IMG/VR virus record: IMGVR_UViG_3300030102_005019
Span: 1 to 57,469 of that record
Strand: one strand, 5' to 3'
DNA length: 57,469 nucleotides
Origin: a virus
Lineage: Duplodnaviria; Caudoviricetes
In this document: positions 1 to 9,846 of the stretch, in pieces
How positions within the stretch are numbered: position 1 is the first letter of the stretch
Layout: every line of letters starts with the position of its first letter
Position numbers and translations under genes: made by a program
Notes under the pieces: model-generated
The model's input: the letters and a program-made list of their open reading frames with translations, nothing else
Told to the model about the DNA's origin: nothing
The model's database searches: none

Positions 1-1623
1 AACTAAATCTGCATCACTTGTACTTTCGACTTCTAATTTATAATCAGGCGAATCTGTTCCGATACCTAACTTGCCATCAATAGATACATTAGCAACATTA
101 TTATCTGCATTTGCACCATTAGTATTTCTAAACCTAAAAAAAGTATTTACAGTTCCAGAGCCAGGTGTTGTTAATGGCATAAATACCATTTCCGGTGATC
201 CACTATTATATCCTGAATAAGTTATTCTGGTTTGATCATAAGCTGAGCTATCCCCAGCATTTGTTATTCTTAATCCTAAAGTTGTGCCACCAGCAACCTC
301 AAGTTTACCATCAGGCGTTGTCGTCCCAATTCCTACTCCTGTATTGTTTATAATCATTCTATCAGCAGAACCAGTTCTAAATTGTAATTTATTACTAACT
401 GTACTTCCTTCTATACTTGTTTGACCAACACCGCCCCAAGATATGTACTCACCACTTGCGACTAATACATCACCAGCTACCTCAAGATTAGCACCAGGTG
501 ATGTTGTTCCGATTCCTACGTTTCCTCCATTAAACGTTGTATAACCTGTGAAATTAAAAATTATATTATTCCAATCATAACCATCAGCACTATAACCAAA
601 ATACATATTATGAGTTCCATCAGCTGTGGGTCGTATGTATGAAGCTGTCCTATTAAACAAAATTCCATACCCATGTAAATCTATATATGACCCATCACTA
701 TGATATGCCCTAAATTTTTTACTTGAACTTGATGACCCAGCAGTAACATTACCTGAAAAAGTTGCTCCGCTAGAATTAAGTGTTAAAAAATTTGTACCAT
801 GATCACCTGATTCTAAACCAATTGTATCAGCACCTATATATAAACCACCTGATCCTGTGTGAGAAAATTTTGTATTGTTACCATCATGCCTAATATTTGC
901 GTCAGTTCCCGTGCCAAATCGTATTTCTTTACTATCTGGTAAAATAATGTGACCTTCAAAAGATGCGTTTAAAGTATTATGATGAAGTCTTAAAGCTTGA
1001 ACAGCATTAGAAGTAGAAGTACCAACTTTAAAATCTAAATGACGGTCTGTGCTTGAGGCTATTGCAATTTCATAAGAAGTTCTGCCCTCAGGCATTATTT
1101 TTAATTGAGCTTTAGTAAGAAGATTATTATCTGTTTCTATATAAGAAGTGGCTTGTATATTACCTGCAAAAGTTGCATTGTTACCAGAAATAGCAATAGG
1201 TGCATCAGTTAGAGTATCACTATCTGACCACATAGCTATATCGTTTGCAGTACCTGTGCCATCTACAGTGTTACTTGTAACAGATGCAAATGATATGATT
1301 TCTATATCGCTTGAATTTGGAGGTGCGGTGCTAAAGGTAAGAGTTGTTCCACTTAAAGAATATGTATCTTTATGTTGGTATACACCGTCTATATATACTT
1401 GTGTTTTATTTTCGTTGTCTATGGTATTTGAAAGAGTAAAAGCAGTTGTACTGCCATTACCTGTAAAACCATCTTGATATATTACTGTAGATCCAGTTTG
1501 ATTTGTTATCCAATTTAAACCTGAACCAGTAGAAGACAATACTTGTCCTGAAGTACCTAAATCACCAGAAGAGTCTTTTAGGCCTCGCGTAAGTTCTATG
1601 TCGGTTAGAAACTTTTGCGCCAT
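1..1623 (-). CDS. Tail fibre protein, truncated at window start
   Basis: Not in the ORF track because it has no stop in the window. ATG at 1623 (MAQKFLTDIELTRGLKDSSGDLGTSGQVLSSTG...) and open to position 1. Contains repeated GNVGIGTTSP / GVGIGTTTP / KLGIGTDSP motifs typical of Bacteroidota phage fibres. Confidence 0.8.
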   Translation of the reverse strand, partial: MAQKFLTDIELTRGLKDSSGDLGTSGQVLSSTGSGLNWITNQTGSTVIYQDGFTGNGSTTAFTLSNTIDNENKTQVYIDGVYQHKDTYSLSGTTLTFSTAPPNSSDIEIISFASVTSNTVDGTGTANDIAMWSDSDTLTDAPIAISGNNATFAGNIQATSYIETDNNLLTKAQLKIMPEGRTSYEIAIASSTDRHLDFKVGTSTSNAVQALRLHHNTLNASFEGHIILPDSKEIRFGTGTDANIRHDGNNTKFSHTGSGGLYIGADTIGLESGDHGTNFLTLNSSGATFSGNVTAGSSSSSKKFRAYHSDGSYIDLHGYGILFNRTASYIRPTADGTHNMYFGYSADGYDWNNIIFNFTGYTTFNGGNVGIGTTSPGANLEVAGDVLVASGEYISWGGVGQTSIEGSTVSNKLQFRTGSADRMIINNTGVGIGTTTPDGKLEVAGGTTLGLRITNAGDSSAYDQTRITYSGYNSGSPEMVFMPLTTPGSGTVNTFFRFRNTNGANADNNVANVSIDGKLGIGTDSPDYKLEVESTSDADLV

Positions 1624-1634
1624 TTAATTTTATT

Positions 1635-2654
1635 TTATCCTATTTTAGTAACTAAAACTCTAATATCATTTGTTGAAGGAGCTGCTCCAAAAGCAATAGT
1701 TAAAGTGTTAGTGTTTGTTCTTGTAACATCAGCAAAGACCGTGTCATAACTACTATTGTCATAAAGTTGTACTACAACATCTCTAGATCCTAAGTTATGA
1801 GTAACAGTATATGAGGTTGCTGATCCATCTCCAATAGAAGCAGCAAACGTGCTTTCTTGTATATTTTGAATTGTTTTATAATTAGAACCATCTTTTGTTA
1901 GTTCCCATACATCATTTGTTTCATTCCACCTTAATGACACATTGGTTGAATCGCCTCTTTCAACTTCAATACCAGCGTTTTCACTTGGAGATCCAGTTGC
2001 ATTACTGTTTAATGTAATTATATTATCAGCTAGGTTTATTGTTTCAGTGTTTACAGTAGTAACAGTTCCTGAAACAGTTAAATTTCCACTAACAATTAAA
2101 TTACCAGATATAGTAGGATTTGCTACTAAACCAATTTGTATTTGATTATTAGATACTGTTGTATCTATTTCATTAGATGTACCAGCAAATGTTAAAGTAT
2201 CAGTACCAATGCTTACAACATCATTTGAACCAGAATCAGCAGCTATAGTTAAATCTGTACTTATTGCAGCTGTACTAGCAGCTGTTATTTGTCCTTGCGC
2301 GTTTACAGTTAAAACAGGTATTGCAGTGCCAGAACCATAAGATCCAGCTGAAACACCAGTGTTTGTAATTGCAATATCATTTGCATTAGCTGTAATACCA
2401 GTACCACCAATAACATTAAGTGTTACTGAACCAGTATCACCTCCACCGGTTAAACCCGATCCCGCTACAACTTCTGATATATCACCCGTTAAATCTATCC
2501 ATGATGAACCACTATATACGAACAACTTATCGCTAGAGTTGTTAAAATATACTTGTCCTTCAACAGGAGAAGATGGCGCCGTACCCGTTGGGTGTAAAGA
2601 TGCATTTTGTAATTGATTATTTGCTAAATCAATATTAGATAAATATCTTGCCAT
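1635..2654 (-). CDS. Tail fibre / virion structural protein
   Basis: 339 aa, Gly/Ser/Thr-rich; AGIEVERG..LRWNETND and C-terminal YTVTHNLG motifs common in phage fibres. Confidence 0.65.
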   Translation of the reverse strand: MARYLSNIDLANNQLQNASLHPTGTAPSSPVEGQVYFNNSSDKLFVYSGSSWIDLTGDISEVVAGSGLTGGGDTGSVTLNVIGGTGITANANDIAITNTGVSAGSYGSGTAIPVLTVNAQGQITAASTAAISTDLTIAADSGSNDVVSIGTDTLTFAGTSNEIDTTVSNNQIQIGLVANPTISGNLIVSGNLTVSGTVTTVNTETINLADNIITLNSNATGSPSENAGIEVERGDSTNVSLRWNETNDVWELTKDGSNYKTIQNIQESTFAASIGDGSATSYTVTHNLGSRDVVVQLYDNSSYDTVFADVTRTNTNTLTIAFGAAPSTNDIRVLVTKIG

Positions 2655-2663
2655 AATTTTTTT

Positions 2664-3365
2664 TTAGTTTAAATATGCTTTGCCAGATTGTGCAGAGCTA
2701 AAGTGTATTTTTAATCTTGATGTAGATATGTATTCTACATCACCGTATATAATATTATTACCGCTATCAACAACGGAAACACTTGGATATTTGTTAAGTG
2801 TGTGTGTAAAGTCCCATGTTGGAGCATTTGATGTTTGTGTTTTTATTTCATGTTTATCAGCGTTTGCATAAACAGATGTTGTATTAAGTGTTGTTCCGTC
2901 TGTAATTGTTCCATTATCAGACAACACATCTACACTTAATTGTATTACATCAGAAGTTAAATTATTAAGTGTTTGTATTCTAAAAACACCAAAGTTTAAA
3001 ACGTTGCTAGAATTGTACAAAGCTAAAACACCATCTTTGTCTTTTATTTTTTGTAAATAGTTTTCTATGTTTTCACCTTCATTATTTAATTTATTAACGT
3101 ATATGTCTGTAATACCAGAAAAAGGTGTTGAACTTACATTGTTGTTATTAAAAGACATATTACCTTGTGCTAAATTTGCATATGAAGTACTTCGATCATA
3201 AGATAAAGCAAATAAAGTACCCTGTATAGATTGTTGTTTTGCTAAATAAGCTGTTATAGCTTCAATAGAAAAATTTCTTGTTTGCTTTGATGCAAAGTCA
3301 GTACCTAATAAAAAATCTTCTTTTACTATGTTGTTGTCATATGTATATTTACTAATTCTAGCCAT
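2664..3365 (-). CDS. Tail-associated structural protein
   Basis: 233 aa; C-terminal WDFTHTLNKYPSVSVVDS module; N-terminus MARISKY resembles that of 3632-7354. Confidence 0.55.
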   Translation of the reverse strand: MARISKYTYDNNIVKEDFLLGTDFASKQTRNFSIEAITAYLAKQQSIQGTLFALSYDRSTSYANLAQGNMSFNNNNVSSTPFSGITDIYVNKLNNEGENIENYLQKIKDKDGVLALYNSSNVLNFGVFRIQTLNNLTSDVIQLSVDVLSDNGTITDGTTLNTTSVYANADKHEIKTQTSNAPTWDFTHTLNKYPSVSVVDSGNNIIYGDVEYISTSRLKIHFSSAQSGKAYLN

Positions 3366-3396
3366 AATATATTTTATTACTTGTTTTTATGTTATT

Positions 3397-3648
3397 TTAA
3401 GGTCCGCCGCCGTCGCCAGGAGGAGGGGCACCACCACCGCCACCACCACCAACGTGTGTATAACCGTGGAACTCACTCATTTTATGTGGAGCAGTTTTAT
3501 TTACAGCACTAGATGCAAAACCAAATAAACTAGATGACGTAGGTGTTGAACTACCAGCTAAATCAATTTGGCTTGTATTAGGATTAGCGTCGCCTAATTC
3601 AGTATTTATATCACCCATAGATATTTCACCACTACTTGGTAAGCTCAT
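3397..3648 (-). CDS. Small fibre-associated protein
   Basis: MSLPSSGEISMGDINTELG...MSEFHGY motif, commonly found downstream of S74-chaperone fibres; Gly/Pro tail. Confidence 0.55.
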   Translation of the reverse strand: MSLPSSGEISMGDINTELGDANPNTSQIDLAGSSTPTSSSLFGFASSAVNKTAPHKMSEFHGYTHVGGGGGGGAPPPGDGGGP

Positions 3649-6600
3649 CTTCTAATTTTTTAACTTTGTTATTTAATTCTTTTATAGACTCGATTAATAA
3701 TGCTGTTAATTTAGGATAATCAACTGCTTTATAACCGTTATCTCTTGTTTCTACAATTTCAGGAAAAACTTCTTCTATTTCTTGTGCTATAACACCAATA
3801 TCTTTTTTACCTGTTTCTTTATGTGATATTTCATTCCAAGTAAATGATACACCATTTATTTTATTTAATTTATCTAAAGGATTAGATATATTAACTATAT
3901 TATCTTTATATCTTTTATCTGAAGATACATAAGCAACTACGTCACCTGCTACTTTTAATGAATCACCTGTATTACCAAAATCAAGAAATAAGTTTGAATT
4001 ATCAATATCGTATACTTCTGCAACATGTAAATGTTCGTTTGTATCCATATACATTATTTCACTAGAATACCACGTGCCACTTGTTGATCCAGCTCCACCT
4101 GTATTTTTTCTTGTTCTTATTGAAAAATGTCTATTATTATAAGTTGTACTACCTGAACTATGTGATGCACCGTGTGGTACGTCTAAGAAAAATGTATTAT
4201 AATATTCATTAACGTGCATCCTTGCGTAACCATATTTATTAGTAGCTGCATTATTGCTATTAAAAAATATATTTGAACCATACTGAAAATCTGCGCCTGA
4301 AGTTGCGGGATTATAATTTGAAGGTGCATTTTCTGCTACATCTGGAATAATTAATCCACCACCGTTAAGTATCATTTTAACTGTAGAATAATTATCATTT
4401 TCATTTCCTGCTACAAGTGATTTACCTAATCTATATTGTGCACTAAGATCAAAATTACCATCTTGGTCTGTACCACCAAACATTCTTATAACATGATGCC
4501 ATCTTGCTGCTGATTGCAGCTCCATACACACCGCGGCATCATCACCAGAAACAGTACCTAAGTTTTTTAAGAATAAAGCTGTAGGTCTACCATTTAAATC
4601 ATTACCTGTAGCAGTACCACCAATTGTTGCCGCACTTGAAACATTTAAATCCCCGTTTATTTGTACTTTATTTCCTGATACACTAAATGGATTTAAGTTA
4701 CCAGCTGAATCAAATATTTTAAAATCATTAGCATTGATTATAAATTCACTTGCACCTGCTGTATCACCAATTATTCTATAACCTGTAATCGCACCGTTGG
4801 CGTTTATAGTTACACCATACTTAGCTTTTACACCATTTATACTTGAAGCGTTTGTTGTTATACTTGTTGTATTACCATTTACCGTAGATGTTAATGATGT
4901 TATATTACTCGCATTAGATGTTATATTACTTTCAGCTGTATTAAGATCCGTTGTTAATGTTGTTATATTTGTTGAGTTAGCAGATACATTATTATTTGTT
5001 GTTGTTATACCTGTGTTTAATGTAGCTATATTTGTAGCGTTTGTTGATATACGAGTATCTTGTGTTGCGGTCCATGCGTTTGGCGAACCAGCCACTAAAA
5101 CATATGCTTTGTTATCATTGGCTGTATCAAACCACAAAGATCCAACCGGAACAGTAACCGCTGGCGCACTAGTCTGTCTATATACATTTGGTTTACCTGC
5201 AATACTAGTTGTATTACTATTAACAGTAGTAGTTAGGTTAGTTACATTGGTTGCATTACTAGTTATGCTAGCTTCTGCAGTATTTAAATCGTTTGTTAAG
5301 GTTGTTATATTACTTGCATTTGTTGCTATGTTTGTATTTGCAGTAGCAATATCTGTATCGTTACTTGTAATATTAGTTGTATTGGTATTTACAGTTGTAG
5401 TTAAGTTTGTAGTGTTTGTAGCATTCTGAGTAACGTTGGCATTTGTTGTAGCTAGGTTATTTGTTAAAGTTGTTATGTCAGAAGCGTTACTTGTGATGTT
5501 TGTGGTATTATTAGTTATGTTTGTTGCATTAGCAGCAATACCAGCATCTCTAGTTACAGTCCAAACATTAGGGCTACCACTTACTAAAACGTATAATTTA
5601 TTATCATCATTAGTATCATACCATAAACTACCAACCGGAACAGTTACAGCGGGTGCTGCATCCTGTCTGTACACATTAGGCTTATTACTTATGTTAGTTG
5701 TATTCGTGCTTACTGTACTTGTTAGGTTAGTTACATTAGTAGCGTTTTGTGTTATATCAGTTTCAGCCGTGTTTAAATCATTTGTTAACGTAGTTATGTT
5801 ACTTGCGTTAGTGCTTATATTACTTGTATTTGTACTTATACTAGTTGCGTTAGCTGCAATACGTGAATCATCTGTTGCAGTCCATACTTTTGGATTACCT
5901 GCTACAAGTACATATAATTTATTATTGTCATTAGTATCATACCATAAAGAACCCGTTGCACCTGTTACAGCCGGAGCGTTGTTTTGTCTAAACACTTCTG
6001 GCTTTAATGTTATATTTGTTGTATTGGTATTAACAGTACTTGTTAAAGATGTGTGATTACTTGCGTTTTGTGTAATATTTGAATTTGCTGTTGCAAGATT
6101 ATTTGTAAGAGTTGTAATATCGGACGCATTTGCGGCAATATTGGTGTTAGCAGTTGTAATATCTCCATCATTTGACGTTATAGCGGCCGTATTTGATGTT
6201 ACGGTACTTGTAAGATTAGTAACATTTGTAGCATTTTGCGTTACATTGGCGTTTGTAGTCGCAATACTGTTCGTTAATGTAGTAATATCACTAGCATTAG
6301 CTGTTATATTGTTGCTGTTTGTTGTAATACTAGTTGCATTTGCCGCAATTCGCGTATCTGGAATAGCTGTCCACACATTTGGGCTTCCCGATACTAATAT
6401 GTAAGCTTTATTTCCGTCATCTGTGTCAAACCATAACGATCCAACTGGCTCCGAAACCGCGGGAGCTGATGTTTGTCTAAATGTTTCGGGTTTTCCGGCA
6501 ATTGTTGTGGTGTTTGTATTGACTGTGCCGGTTAAAGATGTAACATTACTAGCGTTTTGGTTGATTGATGTGTTAGCAGTAGCTAAATTATTGGTTAAAG

Positions 6601-7354
6601 TGGTAATATCTGATGCATTTGAGGCTATATTTGTGTTTGCTGTAGTAATGTCGGAGTCATTTGACGCTATATTAGTAGTATTTGTAGTAACTGTAGCTGT
6701 TAACGAAGTATGATTAGTAGCATTCTGAGTAACATTCGCGTTTGTGGTTGCTAAACTGCTAGTTAATGCGCTAATATCGCTAGCATTTGAGTTAGCTGTA
6801 TTAGTTACACTTGTTATATTACTATTTGCCGTGCTTATATTATTAGTATTTGTAGTTGTTGACGCTGTTACAGAAGTTATATTGTTAGCGTTTGTAGTTA
6901 TACTAGCTCCTTGATTGTTTACAGTGGCTGTTAAATTAGTTAATTGTGATGCTGTAGCGTAATCTTCACTTGTTGCAGCACTTAATACTGAGTTTGCAAA
7001 TGATTGTGATAATGATGTTATATTACCGTTTGAATCTGCTACACCAAACGATGATGCTACGTTTTGAGAGTATGTTGCGTTTGAAGCTATGTTTGTGGTG
7101 TTTGTTGAAAGACTTGTATTTATCGATGCTATTGATGAAGTGTGACCATTAATAGTAGTATTCATACTATTTAGGTTAAAATTGACATCGTCTACTGAAA
7201 AATTAAGATTTAAAAAATCAGCAAGTCTGCTTAATAATACATTATTAGTAACATAAATAGGACCGGATTGCCCCTCACCCTCATAAGATGAAACGACTAA
7301 ACGATCCTTATCGTGTAAAACTGTATCAGTTCTATAACTGCTTATTCTAGCCAT
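3632..7354 (-). CDS. Long tail fibre with coiled-coil repeats and C-terminal peptidase S74 intramolecular chaperone
   Basis: 1240 aa; Asn/Thr heptads; four KP..RQ..APAV..GSLWxDT..NK.Y.LV.G.P..WT modules; C-terminal SSDKRYKDNI...GVIAQEIEEVFPE...AVDYPKL. Confidence 0.85.
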   Translation of the reverse strand: MARISSYRTDTVLHDKDRLVVSSYEGEGQSGPIYVTNNVLLSRLADFLNLNFSVDDVNFNLNSMNTTINGHTSSIASINTSLSTNTTNIASNATYSQNVASSFGVADSNGNITSLSQSFANSVLSAATSEDYATASQLTNLTATVNNQGASITTNANNITSVTASTTTNTNNISTANSNITSVTNTANSNASDISALTSSLATTNANVTQNATNHTSLTATVTTNTTNIASNDSDITTANTNIASNASDITTLTNNLATANTSINQNASNVTSLTGTVNTNTTTIAGKPETFRQTSAPAVSEPVGSLWFDTDDGNKAYILVSGSPNVWTAIPDTRIAANATSITTNSNNITANASDITTLTNSIATTNANVTQNATNVTNLTSTVTSNTAAITSNDGDITTANTNIAANASDITTLTNNLATANSNITQNASNHTSLTSTVNTNTTNITLKPEVFRQNNAPAVTGATGSLWYDTNDNNKLYVLVAGNPKVWTATDDSRIAANATSISTNTSNISTNASNITTLTNDLNTAETDITQNATNVTNLTSTVSTNTTNISNKPNVYRQDAAPAVTVPVGSLWYDTNDDNKLYVLVSGSPNVWTVTRDAGIAANATNITNNTTNITSNASDITTLTNNLATTNANVTQNATNTTNLTTTVNTNTTNITSNDTDIATANTNIATNASNITTLTNDLNTAEASITSNATNVTNLTTTVNSNTTSIAGKPNVYRQTSAPAVTVPVGSLWFDTANDNKAYVLVAGSPNAWTATQDTRISTNATNIATLNTGITTTNNNVSANSTNITTLTTDLNTAESNITSNASNITSLTSTVNGNTTSITTNASSINGVKAKYGVTINANGAITGYRIIGDTAGASEFIINANDFKIFDSAGNLNPFSVSGNKVQINGDLNVSSAATIGGTATGNDLNGRPTALFLKNLGTVSGDDAAVCMELQSAARWHHVIRMFGGTDQDGNFDLSAQYRLGKSLVAGNENDNYSTVKMILNGGGLIIPDVAENAPSNYNPATSGADFQYGSNIFFNSNNAATNKYGYARMHVNEYYNTFFLDVPHGASHSSGSTTYNNRHFSIRTRKNTGGAGSTSGTWYSSEIMYMDTNEHLHVAEVYDIDNSNLFLDFGNTGDSLKVAGDVVAYVSSDKRYKDNIVNISNPLDKLNKINGVSFTWNEISHKETGKKDIGVIAQEIEEVFPEIVETRDNGYKAVDYPKLTALLIESIKELNNKVKKLEDELTK

Positions 7355-7473
7355 TATTTAGGTTTTTTATGTCCGCAGCCTTTTTTCTTTAATTTTAAGT
7401 GTTGTTGATATGTATTTGCCATAAAAGCTTTGCCTTTACAATACATTTTATGTGGTTTGAATTTTTCTGCCAT
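7354..7473 (-). CDS. Small hypothetical protein (39 aa)
   Basis: MAEKFKPHKMYCKGKAFMANTYQQHLKLKEKGCGHKKPK; stop/start overlaps on both sides. Confidence 0.55.
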   Translation of the reverse strand: MAEKFKPHKMYCKGKAFMANTYQQHLKLKKKGCGHKKPK

Positions 7474-7715
7474 TATGTAGTGTTGTATTTTTTGGTACCT
7501 CTACCGTGCCCGCCACGGTTTTTTTTCCTGGAAATGAATTTTCTGGTATTATGATCGTAATCTTTACCCTTTATATTTTTACCTGCTTTCTTTGCAGCAC
7601 GTCTAAGCCTTTGGTTTTCGGCTTTCATTCTACGCCTTCTCGGGGTCTTAGCGTATGCTAGATCTCTTTTAGCTTTAGCTGCCTTTGCCTTCTTGCTTAG
7701 TTTCTGTTTTGCCAT
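7473..7715 (-). CDS. Small basic protein, degenerate HNH-like
   Basis: Lys/Arg-rich with GKDYDH...SRKKNRG; first gene of the leftward unit. Confidence 0.5.
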   Translation of the reverse strand: MAKQKLSKKAKAAKAKRDLAYAKTPRRRRMKAENQRLRRAAKKAGKNIKGKDYDHNTRKFISRKKNRGGHGRGTKKYNTT

Positions 7716-7946
7716 AACTTTTATATTACATAGATTTTTAGATTGTTAAGATACATAGGGGTAAAGTGTTATATATACATTTTACGTTACAGTACCGAAA
7801 AGGAAAACAGCTTGTAAAAGCCCCACGGGGCCTGAGTTTGTATTAATTCTTGTAAATGTTTTAGGTTTTTGCTAGTACAGGCTGCGGCTGTGTGTATAGC
7901 ATCTGTCTGACTATTCTAAGAACAGACCAGTAACGAGGTTTGTAAA

Positions 7947-7978
7947 TCAGACTTATAACGAGTATATATATATAATAT
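7947..7978 (+). promoter_or_regulatory. Early promoter-like motif, copy 1
   Basis: TCAGAC-N18-TATAATAT upstream of the 8004 ATG. Confidence 0.75.
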
Positions 7979-8003
7979 TAATAACTTTAAAAATAAATAT
8001 AAT

Positions 8004-8267
8004 ATGAAAAATAATTCAAAGTCTTCTGACTCTAAACAAAAAGCTTCTACACTTACAACTAAAAGATTTGTAATTAGAAAAAACTTAATTGGTAAAAATG
8101 TAACAATTAAATTTACTACTAAAGATAACAAGACATATACTTACAATCATGACAAAGTATATAGTGCAAACAAAGAAAGATTTGAGAATATGAATTGTTT
8201 CAAGAAGTATAAATCTTACACTGCTACAAACAATGTACCAACATTTGCAAGAGAGTTCACTTCATAG
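8004..8267 (+). CDS. Early protein, paralog A
   Basis: 87 aa; TKRFVIRKNLIGK...YKSYTATNNVPTFAR nearly identical to 8429-8665. Confidence 0.8.
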   Translation: MKNNSKSSDSKQKASTLTTKRFVIRKNLIGKNVTIKFTTKDNKTYTYNHDKVYSANKERFENMNCFKKYKSYTATNNVPTFAREFTS

Positions 8268-8292
8268 TGAGCTTTCTTAGCAGCGAGTGAAG

Positions 8293-8319
8293 CAAAGGGG
8301 AGTGTAATGCTCCTCTTTG
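8293..8319 (+). terminator. Hairpin after first early gene
   Basis: CAAAGGGGAG-7nt-CTCCTCTTTG with one G-U pair. Confidence 0.45.
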
Positions 8320-8373
8320 TGTATAGCATTCTGTCTGTAGTGTATAGCACAGACACTCTACGAGCGAAGTGGA

Positions 8374-8405
8374 ACAGACAAAGCACGTAAGTGACAGTAT
8401 AATAT
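8374..8405 (+). promoter_or_regulatory. Early promoter-like motif, copy 2
   Basis: ACAGAC-N18-TATAATAT. Confidence 0.75.
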
Positions 8406-8428
8406 TCATAACTTTAAAAATTATAATT

Positions 8429-8665
8429 ATGACTAAAATTAATACTCTTAAAACTAAACGCTTTGTAATTAGAAAAAATCTAATAGGCAAAGGTGTTATT
8501 ATTAACTTCACTAATAAAGAAGGTAAATCATTCAAGTATAATCACGATGAAGTATTCAAAGTGAATAAGCAAAGGTTTGAAGCAATGAACTGTTTCAAAA
8601 AGTATAAGTCTTATACTGCTACTAATAATGTTCCTACTTTCGCTAGAGATTTAATAATCCAGTAA
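8429..8665 (+). CDS. Early protein, paralog B
   Basis: Likely start ATG 8429 (MTKINTLKTKRFVIRKNLIGK), downstream of the promoter; the track's GTG at 8369 lies just upstream of the promoter motif. Confidence 0.8.
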   Translation: MTKINTLKTKRFVIRKNLIGKGVIINFTNKEGKSFKYNHDEVFKVNKQRFEAMNCFKKYKSYTATNNVPTFARDLIIQ

Positions 8666-8672
8666 TTACACT

Positions 8673-8700
8673 TGCATGCTCCGCTTAGTCGGAGTGTGTA
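8673..8700 (+). terminator. Hairpin after second early gene
   Basis: TGCATGCTCCG-6nt-CGGAGTGTGTA with G-U pairs. Confidence 0.4.
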
Positions 8701-8782
8701 TAGCAAAAATAGTGAAGCAAAGCATTATTCTAAGAGAAATGCATGCAGAGCAAAGCAAAGCGCCCTATATTCTAACAGAAAA

Positions 8783-8829
8783 GTGTGACACTAGCCTCTA
8801 CTCTACTTTAGTATACTACCTATTGTCAC
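8783..8829. promoter_or_regulatory. Bipartite inverted-repeat site, copy 1
   Basis: GTGTGACACTAGCCT-N20-ACCTATTGTCA; homologous to the reverse complement of 16863-16907. Confidence 0.6.
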
Positions 8830-8912
8830 CTTTTTTAATTTTCTTGCACACAGTGAGGTATTGATTTATACCTCCCTACTATTTTTATACACTAAACTAA
8901 TAATCCACCTTA

Positions 8913-8944
8913 ACAGACATAAAACAAAGGATTTTATATAATAT
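8913..8944 (+). promoter_or_regulatory. Early promoter-like motif, copy 3
   Basis: ACAGAC-N18-TATAATAT. Confidence 0.75.
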
Positions 8945-8961
8945 ATATAACTTTAATAATT

Positions 8962-9144
8962 ATGAAAAAAGAATTAATAAAAGATTTACCTCAACTACTA
9001 AGGTTTATAGAATCTCATGATTTAACTCCTGAGGAAAAACTAGATAAAGAGTATATATCTACTCTAATTGAAAACTTTTATGAAAATAGAGAAAAAAAAA
9101 GAAAAAAAATAATAGAAGGTTTAACTAAAATATTAGAAGAATAA
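8962..9144 (+). CDS. Hypothetical protein
   Basis: ATG after promoter; tightly packed with the next ORF. Confidence 0.6.
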   Translation: MKKELIKDLPQLLRFIESHDLTPEEKLDKEYISTLIENFYENREKKRKKIIEGLTKILEE

Positions 9145-9146
9145 TT

Positions 9147-9386
9147 ATGAATAGAGAAGAAATATATAACCAAGTAATACAAGAATATTCAGAAGTTCAA
9201 CACTTTAACTGTAGTGAAGACAATAAAATGAATATAATAGACAATATAGTAGACTTAATTGAAAACTATGGTGAAGATGTTTATAAAGTAATAAACTTAA
9301 ATGATTATGATTGGAACCACCTATTAGACTATGAATACTTAGAAATTCAAATGACTGATTGGATAAGGGATTACTTAACAAATTAA
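9147..9386 (+). CDS. Hypothetical acidic protein
   Basis: ORF track; operon packing. Confidence 0.6.
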   Translation: MNREEIYNQVIQEYSEVQHFNCSEDNKMNIIDNIVDLIENYGEDVYKVINLNDYDWNHLLDYEYLEIQMTDWIRDYLTN

Positions 9387-9399
9387 ATAGTGTATACCA

Positions 9400-9591
9400 A
9401 TGAAAGGATATAGTTACCACATACATTACTCAGAAGAACATAAAATGTATGATTTAGTGATCAAGCAACGCGGATGGTTTCTAAGTCAATACCATGTTAA
9501 ATCTAAAGAAGAGTTAATAAACTTAATTAATAACAAGAATTATAACTATAAAAAAGATAGAGGTAAAAGTTATGAATTACAGACAGATTAA
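9400..9591 (+). CDS. Hypothetical protein
   Basis: ORF track; operon packing. Confidence 0.55.
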   Translation: MKGYSYHIHYSEEHKMYDLVIKQRGWFLSQYHVKSKEELINLINNKNYNYKKDRGKSYELQTD

Positions 9592-9610
9592 CACAAGTGT
9601 TATATAATAT
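9579..9610 (+). promoter_or_regulatory. Early promoter-like motif, copy 4
   Basis: ACAGAC-N18-TATAATAT overlapping the 3' end of the upstream ORF. Confidence 0.75.
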
Positions 9611-9625
9611 TATAAAATTTAAATT

Positions 9626-9844
9626 ATGAATAAAATAATAAAACGCTCATCAGTATCTAAAAAACCTTACATTAAACATAACCATACTGTTTACTTCGGT
9701 TTTAAAATAGGTAATTTACCTAATAGATTTCAGAATTTAAGCTCTCAAGTAAATATTACCTCGTGGTTCAACCACCGTGGCTTTACATTTATTGACAGAG
9801 AATATTTCAAGAACCAAGTAACTAACGAGTATACAATAGAATAA
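9626..9844 (+). CDS. Hypothetical protein
   Basis: ORF after promoter. Confidence 0.6.
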   Translation: MNKIIKRSSVSKKPYIKHNHTVYFGFKIGNLPNRFQNLSSQVNITSWFNHRGFTFIDREYFKNQVTNEYTIE

Positions 9845-9846
9845 TT

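Noticed and set aside
1148-2871. + strand ORFs overlapping fibre genes
   Set aside because: Antisense to well-supported minus-strand genes, as are most short opposite-strand ORFs elsewhere in the track.
4797-6713. Long + strand hydrophobic ORFs (4797-5429, 5436-6056, 6141-6404, 6423-6713)
   Set aside because: Antisense shadows of the Asn/Thr-rich fibre gene; their Val/Leu richness comes from reverse-complemented AAY/ACN codons.
1-7354. Diversity-generating retroelement targeting fibres
   Set aside because: No reverse transcriptase and no TR/VR pair with adenine-specific mismatches seen in the window.
8676-8864. 62-aa + strand ORF
   Set aside because: Starts inside a hairpin and spans the regulatory repeats; more likely noncoding.
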